Position numbers and translations under genes: made by a program. Of a stretch of 64,000 bases of DNA, positions 48,438 to 58,676 are shown one piece after another. The notes below the pieces were generated by a model. It did no database searches and was not told the origin of the DNA. It saw only the letters and a program-made list of their open reading frames with translations. Source of the DNA: a virus (taxonomy: Duplodnaviria > Caudoviricetes); IMG/VR virus record IMGVR_UViG_2700988868_000001, positions 8,330-72,329 of that record; one strand, given 5' to 3'. Every line of letters begins with the position of its first letter. Within the stretch, counting starts at the first letter, position 1.

Positions 48438-49661
48438 TTAGATCGGGGCGACGGTCTTGATCAGACCCAGACGTTCCGGGCGCTTGATCAGGATACCGTA
48501 GTACCACTTGATCGAGCTGAAGCCGGTTTCGCCGTAGGGATCGTTGCGATCCGCCGTTTCACGACCCGGCATCTTGGTCATGACGGTGAACTTCACGGTC
48601 TTGCCGTCGGTTTGGAAGCCGATGGTCGAGAACGAGTCGTCGCCGACAACCAGCATCGGGAACACGTCGTAGTGCTCGGCACCGTCCTTCATGGACGAAC
48701 GGTAGCCGGGGTTCGTACCCACGGCAGCGCCAGCACCGGCCCAGTGCAGCATTTCCGGAACCTGGATGATGCGGAACTTGTCGATGGAACCGACTTCGCC
48801 GTTCAGCAGCGTACCGGCATCGCCGTAGTGCTGGACTTCGATGAACGCCTTGTTGCCGAACAGATCCGTCATGGCCTTCAGTTCGGGAACCAGTTCCGAG
48901 CCGACGTACATGACACGGGTGGCACCGATGACCTTGGTGTCAATCATGCGCGAACCGGTGATGATGGTCGTCTGCGTCGGGGTGCGGTTGTCCGTCAGGA
49001 TTTGATCCAGGCGCATCAGGTTCTTGTACGAAACGATGGAGGCCGGAACGGTCACGCCGCCCGTGGTCGTTTCTTCGCCGGTCACGGTGGCGTCGGAGAC
49101 GGCAGCACCAGCGTACAGAACCGTACCGGCAGCAGCCAGCAGGTCACGTTGCAGGACGGCTTCGGTCAGTTGGACTGCCGAGTTCATCAGTTCACGGGAC
49201 AGGTGTTCCTTCAGGCCATCGTCCGAGTCGAAGTCCAGGGATTCCTGGGTGAACTCGTAGAAGTAGCCGAACTTGTGGATCGAACCTTCACGAGCCAGAC
49301 GGGTGAAGCCCACGCGGTTCACGCGGCCACCGTTTTCCGTCAGCGTCGGCAGCTTGCCGGTGATCGTGCCCACGTCCTTGGACGAACCGTACAGGTTGCC
49401 GTTGGCGATGGTCACGCCGTTGGCGTCGATACCTTGGCTGTTGATGTTGCGGTCGTCCAGCAGCGGGACGTATTCGTAGACCTTGATGGTCTTGCCGAAG
49501 TGCTTCGGCATGTTGGTGACGTTGGCCAGCGGCATGAAGTACTGGTCTTTACGCGACGTGATGATCGCCTTCTTGAGCCAGTAGAAGGTGTTCATCTGGT
49601 CGGAACCAGCACCGTCGATGCTCGACTTTTGCCCGTCGCCGGGAGCGTTGTAGTTCAACAT
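48438..49661 (-). CDS. Major capsid protein (N4 gp56 family)
   Basis: [67 protein letters not shown]; strong codon bias. Confidence 0.95.
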   Translation of the reverse strand: MLNYNAPGDGQKSSIDGAGSDQMNTFYWLKKAIITSRKDQYFMPLANVTNMPKHFGKTIKVYEYVPLLDDRNINSQGIDANGVTIANGNLYGSSKDVGTITGKLPTLTENGGRVNRVGFTRLAREGSIHKFGYFYEFTQESLDFDSDDGLKEHLSRELMNSAVQLTEAVLQRDLLAAAGTVLYAGAAVSDATVTGEETTTGGVTVPASIVSYKNLMRLDQILTDNRTPTQTTIITGSRMIDTKVIGATRVMYVGSELVPELKAMTDLFGNKAFIEVQHYGDAGTLLNGEVGSIDKFRIIQVPEMLHWAGAGAAVGTNPGYRSSMKDGAEHYDVFPMLVVGDDSFSTIGFQTDGKTVKFTVMTKMPGRETADRNDPYGETGFSSIKWYYGILIKRPERLGLIKTVAPI

Positions 49662-49673
49662 GGTCGTATACCT

Positions 49674-51005
49674 TTATGCGCCTTTCGGCACGGGGAGTTT
49701 GAGAAAATCATCGTCGCTCATTCCGAGCAAGTTAACGATGGCTTCGGCCTTACGCGGAGCAGCCCGACTGGGGGATGCCGCACTTGCTTGCGCCCCGTTC
49801 GCTGCGGCCGGTTTCGGTGCAGCTACCCGGGTTGCCACCGGAGCTTGGACAGCGGCAGGTGCCGTCGTCGTTGCAGCGGGAGCAGTTACGTCCTTCTTCG
49901 CTTTCAGGTCATCGAAGCCACCATGTTGCATGAGGTGATCGCCGACAGCCTTGTAGGCTTGGAGGAACGGAACGTCGGGACCGATCTTGCCGAGGGTCTT
50001 CAGATGTTCGATCTCGCCAACGATCCGGTCATAGATACCGGTACTGCGTTGCTCGTTGATCGTGCTCATCAAACCAGCGGTGTTGAACAGTTCCTGCTTG
50101 CTGGCGTCATCCCAGGTCTGGTGGATTACTCCGAGAGTGGCGTTGCCTTCGGGGGTGGACTTCAAGTCTCCCAGTTCAGCATTGAAACGCACTTCGGCAT
50201 CCGAAACCCGGTGATTGCCTTCCTTGTACTGGGACGGGGCATCTACGTCGATTTCCATCGGGTCGATACCGGCATCCTTTACCAACTTCTTGATGGCTTC
50301 GGGATTCTTCTTCACCAAGTCAATGGCGAAGGAGAGTTGACCCTCATCCAGCAAGTCGTTGTTCTGAAGCATCTGGATCAGCTTCCGGTGCGGAGCAAGC
50401 TCCTGCATCTTCCGCGTGAAGTTGGCACCTTGTTGCATTAGGGCGATGGCTTCTTCCGCATTGCGGGCTTGAACCATCTTCCCGTTAGCCTTGAAGGGAG
50501 CCAACAGAGCCTCGTAACCTGCCTTGTAGTCGAAGTCGGCGGGCAGACCGTTGGACTTGGGAGTCTCCGACTCCTGCTTGTCCTTGCCTTCACCTTCCTG
50601 TACTTGGCCGGTGGGCTTGGAGGCATCCAGTTGAACTTGCTTGCCGTTACTGTCAACTTCAGTTGACGCAACTTTACCACCATTTTCTTCTTGTTGAGAA
50701 GAAGTGGGGGCAGGTTCAACTTTGTCTTCCGGCTTCACACCGGATTCTTGCTCTTCCAAAGCCGCAAGACGGGCTTCTTCTTCCTTCACACGCTCGGCTT
50801 CAGCTGCATCCAAACGCGCTTCTTCATCGGCTGCGATGCGTTCCGCTTCAGCTTGAGCGGCTGCTTCGGCAGCGAGTTCTTCTTCGGTCTTGCCCTCTTG
50901 GGTTTCCGAGTTGTTCTGAACGGCAACCGGGGGTGCCATATTCAGAATTTCATCATCCGACATTTGGGAAATGTCGGAAGCCTGGGTGTTGGCTTCCGTG
51001 GTCAT
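49674..51005 (-). CDS. N4 gp57-like protein (scaffold / tape-measure-like)
   Basis: Acidic N-terminus; APFKANGK...LMQQGANFTRKMQ; lies between the capsid and portal genes. Confidence 0.8.
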   Translation of the reverse strand: MTTEANTQASDISQMSDDEILNMAPPVAVQNNSETQEGKTEEELAAEAAAQAEAERIAADEEARLDAAEAERVKEEEARLAALEEQESGVKPEDKVEPAPTSSQQEENGGKVASTEVDSNGKQVQLDASKPTGQVQEGEGKDKQESETPKSNGLPADFDYKAGYEALLAPFKANGKMVQARNAEEAIALMQQGANFTRKMQELAPHRKLIQMLQNNDLLDEGQLSFAIDLVKKNPEAIKKLVKDAGIDPMEIDVDAPSQYKEGNHRVSDAEVRFNAELGDLKSTPEGNATLGVIHQTWDDASKQELFNTAGLMSTINEQRSTGIYDRIVGEIEHLKTLGKIGPDVPFLQAYKAVGDHLMQHGGFDDLKAKKDVTAPAATTTAPAAVQAPVATRVAAPKPAAANGAQASAASPSRAAPRKAEAIVNLLGMSDDDFLKLPVPKGA

Positions 51006-51030
51006 GGTCTATCTCCGATGGAGTGGTGGA

Positions 51031-51402
51031 TTACTGGAGGTCCAGGCCGTCGATGTCGTCATCCGACGCCGAGCGAAGAACTTCCAGGTTGGCTTCCAAG
51101 GTCGAAATCTTGTTCACCGAATCCGAACCCATACGGTCTTCGACCGCGATCCAGTGCAGCAAGTGTGCACCAGCCTGGGCTTTGGCCAGGGCGTCGGCAC
51201 GGGCTTCCGGCGTCAGGGCCATGTCCACGGACATGCGGACATAGCGGGCGCATTCATCGGTGCAGAAGTTCTGCAAGATGACCTTGCGGAACAACGGACT
51301 TTCGACCAGCTTCTTCAGGTCGGAGTGTTCGCGTTGTTGCTTCTTGAGACCACGTAGTTGGTTCTCGTAGCCTTCGATGTGTTGTTCACGGGTGAGTTGC
51401 AT
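51031..51402 (-). CDS. Conserved hypothetical protein (N4 gp58-like)
   Basis: LFRKVILQNFCTDECARYV; synteny. Confidence 0.75.
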   Translation of the reverse strand: MQLTREQHIEGYENQLRGLKKQQREHSDLKKLVESPLFRKVILQNFCTDECARYVRMSVDMALTPEARADALAKAQAGAHLLHWIAVEDRMGSDSVNKISTLEANLEVLRSASDDDIDGLDLQ

Positions 51403-51412
51403 GGTCTGCCTC

Positions 51413-53701
51413 TTAGTTCGTCAGCCGGATTGCAGGATTCAATGCCGGGTCCTGACTGGGGTCAAAATTCTGGGAACCAAGATTAGCAGGGGTACTTCCT
51501 TGCGCAGCTTGGTCCCGTTCAATGGTGCTCAAGGGAGCACCGGTGGACTGCTTTGTGAGCGCATTGTAGCCGATTGCAGCAGGAATGTTGGGGGAACCCT
51601 CACCTTCTTTCTTCGGAGCCAACAATGCCTTGGTGACTTGCAGGTCTTGGTTGCCTTCTGCTTGAGCTTGCTGGGCCTGCATGTTGCGAGCGTGGGTAGT
51701 TCCCGACTCTTGCTCCAGGTAGTCCAGGTTCGTCTTGTCAGTTTCAGCAGCCTTCTTGCCAGCATCAGCCAGTCGTTGTTGTGCTTCAGCACGCAGCTTC
51801 TCAACTTCAGCACGGAGCTTTTCCAGTTCCAGTTGACGCATTTCTTCAGCAACCGGATCAGGTTGAGGCTCGAACGTCTTGATGGCGTGGGACAGCACAG
51901 GCATACGCTTGAGCTTGGCGATCTCCGCCAGGATCATCTTGGTGATGCCGAAGTCCATCGTGTTGCCCAGAGTCTGGAGCATGAACGACAGGTCTTGTGC
52001 CTTCTGGTTGTCCACTTCAGCAGTGGCAATGTCCACTTCCAGATCGAAGTTACCCTTCAGGTCTTCACGCTGAATGGTCACATACTGCTGGTTGGTCACA
52101 CGCACCACTTCTTCTTCTGAAAGGAAGAGAGAGTTCATGGCGATGATCTTGTTGCCGACTTCCGTCATGCCCTTGGCAAGACGACGCAGGATGGCCATCT
52201 CACGCTTGGAAGACGCATCCAGAACACCACGGATACCAGCAGCCACGTCACCGTAGGCTTCACCAGACACACCACCGGCAAAGGACTTCACACCAGTCAG
52301 TGCTTCCGCTTCTTGGTTCTGCATATTCAGCATGACCAGAGCAGATTGAGGAAGCTCAGGGAACTTGTGTTCGATCAGACCTTGGTTCGGGTTCAGAGTC
52401 GGGTTGTACTCGTAGTCCTTACCGGCGTCATAGCGACTGCGGTTCAGGGGATCGAGCATGCCCTTGGCGAAACCCTGCTGTCCGTTGGCACTGCGACCCA
52501 GAAGGTCAATCATGCCACGGGTGACTGCACCCAGAATCTTCTGGTTGTCTTCCAGCAGTTCAGCATCAGGCTCACCGTACAGTTCCCGCTTCACGGGCAT
52601 GTAGGGAACCAAGACGAACGGAAGCTTGCCGTCAGGGAACGGGTTCAGTTCCATGCGGATCAAGGTGCTGCCAATCCAGGTAGCCACGATGGGATGCATG
52701 TTCCCGTCGTCGTAGATGTCCCAGAAACCCCAGTATTCGTAGGCCACAACACGCTTGCGCATGCGGTCACGGAACTGGAAGTCCTGCGGAGTGTTGGTCT
52801 CGTGGTCCGGTTCGGTCAGGGGCGAGGCATCATCCCAGACGACTTTGTCCAGGTTCTTGTACCGATCACCTTCCTTTTCCAGTTCAGCACGGCTCGTTTC
52901 AAACGAGACGATGGCGAACATTGCCTTGTCCATGTCGCCCTGGCAGGAGGGGTCAATGGTCACGTTGGCCGGATTCATGACGTCAACCGTGGGGCGGTTC
53001 TCAAGAACCTTCTCCACTTCGATTTCTTCTTCGTCGGTCTGAATGGCGTAGGTGGCCACACCTTCGTCTTCGTAATAGGCGACGGCTTGCTGGATTTCCT
53101 GGGGAGCAGATTCAGCGAATCCACGGGGATTTTCTGCCTTGGCCTGGAGTGCCTGCTGTAGCTGGTCCAGCTGTTCCTGGCTCTCAATCTGGAAGAACGA
53201 GTAGACAGGAGCCTTCTCCTTCACCTTGATCGTGTGACGCTTCCAGCCCAAACGGAGCACGGAAGTGCCTTCGTCCACGGTTGCACGGACAAAGTCGTCG
53301 ATCAGCTTGACCCGGTTGAACTTGGTTCGGAATTGCCAGTTCAGCAGCAATTCGTTCTGTTCGGCTGCACCCTCGTCCTCGAAGGACACAGGAGTCACCT
53401 TGAACAGTTTCTCGGAACCAAGGAAAGGTTCACTCAGGGCAGAGTAACGCCACTCCGCCTGACGGCGAACTAGCTTCGGTTGAACCTGGGAACGGCCCTT
53501 CACCACAGGGGGACGAGCCTTTCCCTTGATCTGCATCTGGTCATTCCAGTTTTGGATCTTCGAGATTTGGCTGTCGTGTTCCTGCTTGGCGTTCTCTTGG
53601 TCCAGCTTCAGTGCCTGAATGCTGGGTTCATTCTTCCAGTCAGTCAGCTTTGCAGACTGTGCCGGATCAGGCAACGGCAATCCAGATTGTTGGTGTTCCA
53701 T
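51413..53701 (-). CDS. Portal protein (N4 gp59-like)
   Basis: [49 protein letters not shown]; likely ATG at 53701 after AGGA. Confidence 0.93.
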   Translation of the reverse strand: MEHQQSGLPLPDPAQSAKLTDWKNEPSIQALKLDQENAKQEHDSQISKIQNWNDQMQIKGKARPPVVKGRSQVQPKLVRRQAEWRYSALSEPFLGSEKLFKVTPVSFEDEGAAEQNELLLNWQFRTKFNRVKLIDDFVRATVDEGTSVLRLGWKRHTIKVKEKAPVYSFFQIESQEQLDQLQQALQAKAENPRGFAESAPQEIQQAVAYYEDEGVATYAIQTDEEEIEVEKVLENRPTVDVMNPANVTIDPSCQGDMDKAMFAIVSFETSRAELEKEGDRYKNLDKVVWDDASPLTEPDHETNTPQDFQFRDRMRKRVVAYEYWGFWDIYDDGNMHPIVATWIGSTLIRMELNPFPDGKLPFVLVPYMPVKRELYGEPDAELLEDNQKILGAVTRGMIDLLGRSANGQQGFAKGMLDPLNRSRYDAGKDYEYNPTLNPNQGLIEHKFPELPQSALVMLNMQNQEAEALTGVKSFAGGVSGEAYGDVAAGIRGVLDASSKREMAILRRLAKGMTEVGNKIIAMNSLFLSEEEVVRVTNQQYVTIQREDLKGNFDLEVDIATAEVDNQKAQDLSFMLQTLGNTMDFGITKMILAEIAKLKRMPVLSHAIKTFEPQPDPVAEEMRQLELEKLRAEVEKLRAEAQQRLADAGKKAAETDKTNLDYLEQESGTTHARNMQAQQAQAEGNQDLQVTKALLAPKKEGEGSPNIPAAIGYNALTKQSTGAPLSTIERDQAAQGSTPANLGSQNFDPSQDPALNPAIRLTN

Positions 53702-53708
53702 GGGAATC

Positions 53709-54224
53709 CTATTTGATGAGTTCTCGGTCAGCACGAATCTGCGCTGCCAGAGATTTTACTTGCTCGTCACGGAGTCCAACAGTTGCCCGGAGTTCAGCAA
53801 CCAATCGTCGGCCCGCTTCAAGAGATCGGTCGAGTTCGGCTGCATGGCGTGCAAGACGGTTTCGCTCAGCGGCTCCACCTTGGGCTTGACGTTGATATAC
53901 GTCGGCTCGCCCTTCAGAGAGCCGCACCCGCTCAGCGTACTGGCCAGCAAGGCTATCAAGCTCAGAGCGGTGGCGTGTTTCAGCATTTGCAAGCTCCTTC
54001 TGTACTGCCGACATTTCGGCCCGATGACGTGTTTCAAGATCAGAGTATTCATCTCGCACTTTCTGAATGGCGAGTAAGTCCTTGTTCTTCTGGGCATCCC
54101 ATTGTTGTTGTACGTGGGCTTCGCCTGAACTTGAGCCAAGGGAATAAGTACCCCAGAGGGTAAGTGCCGTAGCAGCTACCACTCCGAGGTACAGCCAACC
54201 TTTACTGGGGGTTGGTATCTTCAT
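53709..54224 (-). CDS. i-spanin (Rz-like)
   Basis: N-terminal TM segment [20 protein letters not shown] followed by coiled coil; downstream of the endolysin. Confidence 0.82.
   Translation of the reverse strand: MKIPTPSKGWLYLGVVAATALTLWGTYSLGSSSGEAHVQQQWDAQKNKDLLAIQKVRDEYSDLETRHRAEMSAVQKELANAETRHRSELDSLAGQYAERVRLSEGRADVYQRQAQGGAAERNRLARHAAELDRSLEAGRRLVAELRATVGLRDEQVKSLAAQIRADRELIK
53756..53986 (-). CDS. o-spanin lipoprotein (Rz1-like), fully embedded in the i-spanin gene
   Basis: [30 protein letters not shown] with lipobox LSGC, in a different frame. Confidence 0.8.
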   Translation of the reverse strand: MLKHATALSLIALLASTLSGCGSLKGEPTYINVKPKVEPLSETVLHAMQPNSTDLLKRADDWLLNSGQLLDSVTSK

Positions 54225-54834
54225 TGCACGATTCCAGGGGGACGTTACCGATCCGGTTGATGATCCAGCCGGGAACGAAATCATCCATGTTGATGGACAG
54301 GTAGTGGACGGTTTGCTTGCCGTCCATCATCTTGATCACCATCTTGCAGGCCACCACTGCACCGCGTTTCCGCTGGAGTGCTTGGTATGCCTGGATCGTG
54401 GCTGGCCCCACTTTACCATCCGAGGTAATTTTGGGGTAGTCCTTGCCACCACGGGATGCGGAGTTCAGGGCTTCCTGAAACCACTTCCCAGATCGGGAAG
54501 TACCCACGTTGACACCGGCATCCACCAGCTTTTCAGCCACAGCCGGAGAGTTGGGAATGACCAGATCGAAACCGGGGCCAGAGACGTAATCCTTCACGTA
54601 GATGGATTCGGCCATGGATTTGGTGAGAGATTTCATTCGGCCATCCCAGCCTTGCTCGACCAATGCCTGTCGATGCTTGGCGGCTGTCGCCGCCGTCACG
54701 CCATGATTGGTCTCGCCACCAGGATCAAGGGGGTTGTTGACGTAGCCCCCTTCTACGGCGAACACGGCAGCAAGGATGGCGGCCACCACCCCAGCTTTAC
54801 CCTTGTTCGCATACAGGCTTTTTGTGATTGCCAT
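54202..54834 (-). CDS. Endolysin, GH108 muramidase with SAR-like N-terminus (N4 gp61-like)
   Basis: EGGYVNNPLDPGGETNHGVT motif, DAGVNVG, DGKVGPAT, GWIINRI. Confidence 0.92.
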   Translation of the reverse strand: MAITKSLYANKGKAGVVAAILAAVFAVEGGYVNNPLDPGGETNHGVTAATAAKHRQALVEQGWDGRMKSLTKSMAESIYVKDYVSGPGFDLVIPNSPAVAEKLVDAGVNVGTSRSGKWFQEALNSASRGGKDYPKITSDGKVGPATIQAYQALQRKRGAVVACKMVIKMMDGKQTVHYLSINMDDFVPGWIINRIGNVPLESCNEDTNPQ

Positions 54835-55066
54835 GATCAGTCTTCTTCCAGTTGAACAGTTTGGCCAGTTGGACGATGGCCCACGCAGTGAGAGCCAAGG
54901 AAGAACCATACGGAATCTTCTCCAACAGGTGCTTCGGCAGTGTGAAGAATCCCATTTGCAGGAATTCAGCAGCAGCAAAGACAAGGCCGCCAAGAGCAGA
55001 TGTGCTCCATGTGGCTTTCTTTAATCTACAACGCCAGTCTTGTTTTAACTTCCCCCGCCCAGCCAT
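54797..55066 (-). CDS. Lysis-cassette membrane protein (holin-like, gp62 position)
   Basis: AAGGAG RBS; two hydrophobic segments; overlaps the endolysin start. Confidence 0.6.
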   Translation of the reverse strand: MAGRGKLKQDWRCRLKKATWSTSALGGLVFAAAEFLQMGFFTLPKHLLEKIPYGSSLALTAWAIVQLAKLFNWKKTDHGNHKKPVCEQG

Positions 55067-55383
55067 GCGGCGATCTCCTTGCGAGCAGACCAGATGAAGG
55101 TGATGAGACCCCCAGCTACTGCCCAAATCCATTTACCCATGAAACCTGCCCCGACCATCTTGTGTTTGATGGTTATGAATTCTTCAATAGTCGGTGCCGA
55201 ATTGGCTAGGCTGGCTTCTACGTTTGCAAGGCGGTGACTGAACCCAGTCATTACCGTGTTGATCTCACGCAACATCTCATATTGATTGGCTCGTGTATCC
55301 CTATCTCGGTCCGCCATGTCCAGAAAGGTCTTGAGACGTTCCTCCATACGTGCGAACTGAATTTCAAGCGGCTCGGCACTCAT
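55045..55383 (-). CDS. Holin-like protein (N4 gp63-like)
   Basis: PTIEEFITIKHKMVGAGFMGKWIWAVAGGLITFIW; single C-terminal TM segment; AGGA RBS. Confidence 0.7.
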   Translation of the reverse strand: MSAEPLEIQFARMEERLKTFLDMADRDRDTRANQYEMLREINTVMTGFSHRLANVEASLANSAPTIEEFITIKHKMVGAGFMGKWIWAVAGGLITFIWSARKEIAAWLGGGS

Positions 55384-55449
55384 ATGCTTAATTCCTGTGT
55401 TTGTTGTCAAGATGTTGCTTACGCAGGTTGAATAGTAGCCCATTCATGC

Positions 55450-55485
55450 AAAAACAGACCAGTGGGAAGTTCCCACTAGTCTGTT
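55450..55485 (-). terminator. Terminator after the tailspike gene
   Basis: Minus strand AACAGACTAGTGGG-AACTT-CCCACTGGTCTGTT followed by TTT. Confidence 0.8.
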
Positions 55486-55506
55486 CATTACATCACTGCT
55501 TTTCTA

Positions 55507-57960
55507 TTACATAGTGGGCAATCGGCGCTCCTTCCAGTCAACGTTGAAGACGTGGGAGTTGCCATCCGTCATGCGTTGCCATCCGTCCATGATATAGGTA
55601 CTACCAGCCGGACCCTGCAAAGGAGCGGGGTGCATATAGGCAATATCACCGATCTTCCAAGTACCCTGAGTCGGGGGGCCAGAGAACGTCGTAGCTTGGC
55701 GACCACGACGACGACCGCTCACCACAGCCGTGTCATTGATACCAATAGGGCAATCCGTGGTGTTGTTGCCGTCCATGAACAGATTGACCACAGGACCACT
55801 GACGGCAACACCAACTACCGGCGCGACCCCAACGTCGCCAGAACTGATGTTGTTGTCGCTGATATCCAGCGAGAACATACGGATTGCATCAGCCAACAGG
55901 ATGCCGTAAGTGGTAGTCGGGTGTGCTGTGGTTGGTGCGCAGTTGGAGATTTGGTTACCCCGAACAGCTACGTTCGTTATGCCCCCAGCAGACAGTCCGA
56001 TTATGATCCCATGACTGTGACCGGAGATTTGGTTACCCGTCACGAGCACATCACCCGTGGTGGAAGTCAGATTGGACCCAACATAGATACCGGCGTTACT
56101 GGTGCGGTCAGTACAATACAGAATATTGTCGTACACCTTAATACGCAGAGCATTCGTACCATCACCCACAGCAATATAGATACCGTACTTACTTCCCGTC
56201 ACCGCAGGGTTGGCAATGGGGTTACCGTTCAGGCGAATAATATTGTTGAAGATGAGGATGTCGCCAAGTGCGTCATTCCACAGACTGTTAGTCCAAATAC
56301 CACCCCCCCACCAGTTAACGTGCATGGTGTTACCAGACACGATAAGACCGGAGCGTCCGCCTTCTTCGCCAGCAACAATCCAGAACCCCTGCATGTAGTT
56401 GCGGATATTGTTGTTGAGCATACGGCAATTGGAGCCATGAAGTTCCGCAGCAACAATGGGGCCACGCAAACCAGTACTGGCAGTCGGATGATCAAATTCG
56501 TTATTGAGTATGGACACACCATCGCAGTGTGCATAAATAGACGAGTGATCCTTACTGTCAATACCAGAGTTGTAGAACTTGCACTGCTCAATGGTCACGT
56601 TGTTTCCGGTAATACCAGGATGACTGTAACGATGACCAAGCCCGATAGACGTAACACCCGGGTTGTTGATAAAACCAACACGGAAGAAACGAGAATCGGT
56701 AAGTCGTGCATCCACCCCCACGGTAGCGACGCTGCCTGAGACCATGAAGCCAGCCGTGTTATAGCCGGGCATTTCATCTCCAGGCCGGGAGATCGGATTG
56801 TTTTGCCCATTGATGTCAATGGTCAGGTTGGTCATCTCAACGTTACGCCCAATGGTGTTGTGGGCGATGACGTTGAACCAAGGAAGGGTCGCAGTAATGC
56901 GATTGGTTTCCCCATTCAGGACACGAAAGATGGTGACTCCCATGCCGGAACCATGTAGGGAAAATCCATCCCGGGAAAGCAGTGCGCATCGTGCAAGAGC
57001 GTACCCTTCCACAGGAGCGGTGCGATCCAAGTTCAATCCGAACGTACCAGGTCCGGCATGGAGTTGAATTCGACGGGGTGAGCAGAAGTCAATGCACGCC
57101 TGAATGCGAACAGTAGAGTCGCGTCCGTCACCGACAGCGCCCCCATCTTCGATGAAGACATTCCCGTTGTGGTTCAAGTGATATCGACCACCGTCAGCAG
57201 TGACAATCACTGAGAAACCATCATCCACGGAAGTGCTATCCTGGGGATCCAGGTAGTACATGGTGGGTCGCTTGTCTCCAATGATGTGATAACCGTGCAG
57301 CACCACAAAGGGATTCTTGGCCGAGGCAAGAGCACGCATATGCGCAACAGTCTTAACGTTGCGGTTAGCGCCCCCAACAAGAGAAACGCCCTTGGTAGTG
57401 TCGGTCGTATCGGCCAAATCTGCCAGGGCATCTATGGCAATCTGGAGCTGGTCATGCAAGTCTTGCAGCTGCGGAAGCTTAGCGTGAATGTCCAGCAAAG
57501 CCTGGATATTGGCCGCCACATCAGCCACTGCTGCGATGTTGTCAGAGACAACAGTGATAGAGGAGATGTTGGTCGACACGTTATTGATCGCCGCCAAATT
57601 GGCGATGATTATGTCGATCTTATCCATGTTGGCGTTGACAGCCAACAGAGCATCCATGTTGTCATTGATGTTCAACAACTCAGCCAGGTTGGCATGGATA
57701 GCCATAAGCTCGGTAAGCTTAGCCTGGATAACCTGTAGATCCGGAATATGCAGCTCCAGATTCTTGAGGACATCCAAAGCCTCCCATATTGCAGTGATGT
57801 GGGAGATGTTGTCGAATACCGTCTGAATTTGTGGCATACGCATAGCAACATACTTGACGACGCGATACGCGTCACCAAGCAATTGGTCTACCACGGCATC
57901 GGCAGGGAGATTGCTATCCCCACAAACATCGGTGTTGAAAGGATCACGAGAATTGGTCAT
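55507..57960 (-). CDS. Tailspike / receptor-binding protein with right-handed beta-helix
   Basis: N4 appendage-type N-terminus (VDQLLGDAYRVVKYV), heptad-like repeats, GAVGDG.DST..IQA beta-helix cap, Asn-ladder repeats. Confidence 0.85.
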   Translation of the reverse strand: MTNSRDPFNTDVCGDSNLPADAVVDQLLGDAYRVVKYVAMRMPQIQTVFDNISHITAIWEALDVLKNLELHIPDLQVIQAKLTELMAIHANLAELLNINDNMDALLAVNANMDKIDIIIANLAAINNVSTNISSITVVSDNIAAVADVAANIQALLDIHAKLPQLQDLHDQLQIAIDALADLADTTDTTKGVSLVGGANRNVKTVAHMRALASAKNPFVVLHGYHIIGDKRPTMYYLDPQDSTSVDDGFSVIVTADGGRYHLNHNGNVFIEDGGAVGDGRDSTVRIQACIDFCSPRRIQLHAGPGTFGLNLDRTAPVEGYALARCALLSRDGFSLHGSGMGVTIFRVLNGETNRITATLPWFNVIAHNTIGRNVEMTNLTIDINGQNNPISRPGDEMPGYNTAGFMVSGSVATVGVDARLTDSRFFRVGFINNPGVTSIGLGHRYSHPGITGNNVTIEQCKFYNSGIDSKDHSSIYAHCDGVSILNNEFDHPTASTGLRGPIVAAELHGSNCRMLNNNIRNYMQGFWIVAGEEGGRSGLIVSGNTMHVNWWGGGIWTNSLWNDALGDILIFNNIIRLNGNPIANPAVTGSKYGIYIAVGDGTNALRIKVYDNILYCTDRTSNAGIYVGSNLTSTTGDVLVTGNQISGHSHGIIIGLSAGGITNVAVRGNQISNCAPTTAHPTTTYGILLADAIRMFSLDISDNNISSGDVGVAPVVGVAVSGPVVNLFMDGNNTTDCPIGINDTAVVSGRRRGRQATTFSGPPTQGTWKIGDIAYMHPAPLQGPAGSTYIMDGWQRMTDGNSHVFNVDWKERRLPTM

Positions 57961-57963
57961 GGT

Positions 57964-58668
57964 TTATACCCATCCATTATTTTTGAATCGAACCCCGGTA
58001 TTTGATTTACTGGAATTCACAAGGTCATTTGCGATGACTTCTTCGCAAACGGAACTATACAACCCCAGCATATCAGCCGCTGTAGCTTTGGCATCCTGGG
58101 TATTGATTCCGGCAAAGCAACTGTAAGCAATGAACGCATCCAGAGCCAAGTCCAGAGAATCGGGTATATCAATCTCTTGGTTCCCGGCAGGAGAAACCCG
58201 AGGATGGTTCTGTTGGTAGGCCAGATTCAACACTTCCCCACAACGAGGACGAGGATTCTGGATCATGGTAGGGCGGGGCGTGTAGATGGTCCAGTCATCG
58301 TCCTTATTATTCAGGGAACGATGCACACCATAGCTATCGTAGACATCCAGGACTTTGATGACATCATCATCGAATGGTGCACCCGCCATATCCATGATAT
58401 ACGGACAGAGAATCTCAGTAGGAACGTGAGACTGCACAGCGTACTTCTTGAGCAGCGGATACCGAGTCCGTCCAGATTGCATCTCTACAATGAGGTTGGC
58501 CTCACGAAGAACAAATCGACTGTGTAGCCGAGTCAAGGAAGTGTTTATGGCGGACACGACCTTCAATTTTCGTTCTTCAATAACCAAGCCAGTGGCTTCA
58601 TCCACAAGGGAAGTGTTTTGAAGAACTCCATATGCAAGCCGCTCAAACAACTCAGGGAGCAAGATCAT
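57964..58668 (-). CDS. Head-tail adaptor-like virion protein (N4 gp67-like)
   Basis: INTSLTRLHSRFVLRE...DDVIKVLDVYD...RFKNNGWV; next to terminase. Confidence 0.78.
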   Translation of the reverse strand: MILLPELFERLAYGVLQNTSLVDEATGLVIEERKLKVVSAINTSLTRLHSRFVLREANLIVEMQSGRTRYPLLKKYAVQSHVPTEILCPYIMDMAGAPFDDDVIKVLDVYDSYGVHRSLNNKDDDWTIYTPRPTMIQNPRPRCGEVLNLAYQQNHPRVSPAGNQEIDIPDSLDLALDAFIAYSCFAGINTQDAKATAADMLGLYSSVCEEVIANDLVNSSKSNTGVRFKNNGWV

Positions 58669-58676
58669 AGTGATTC

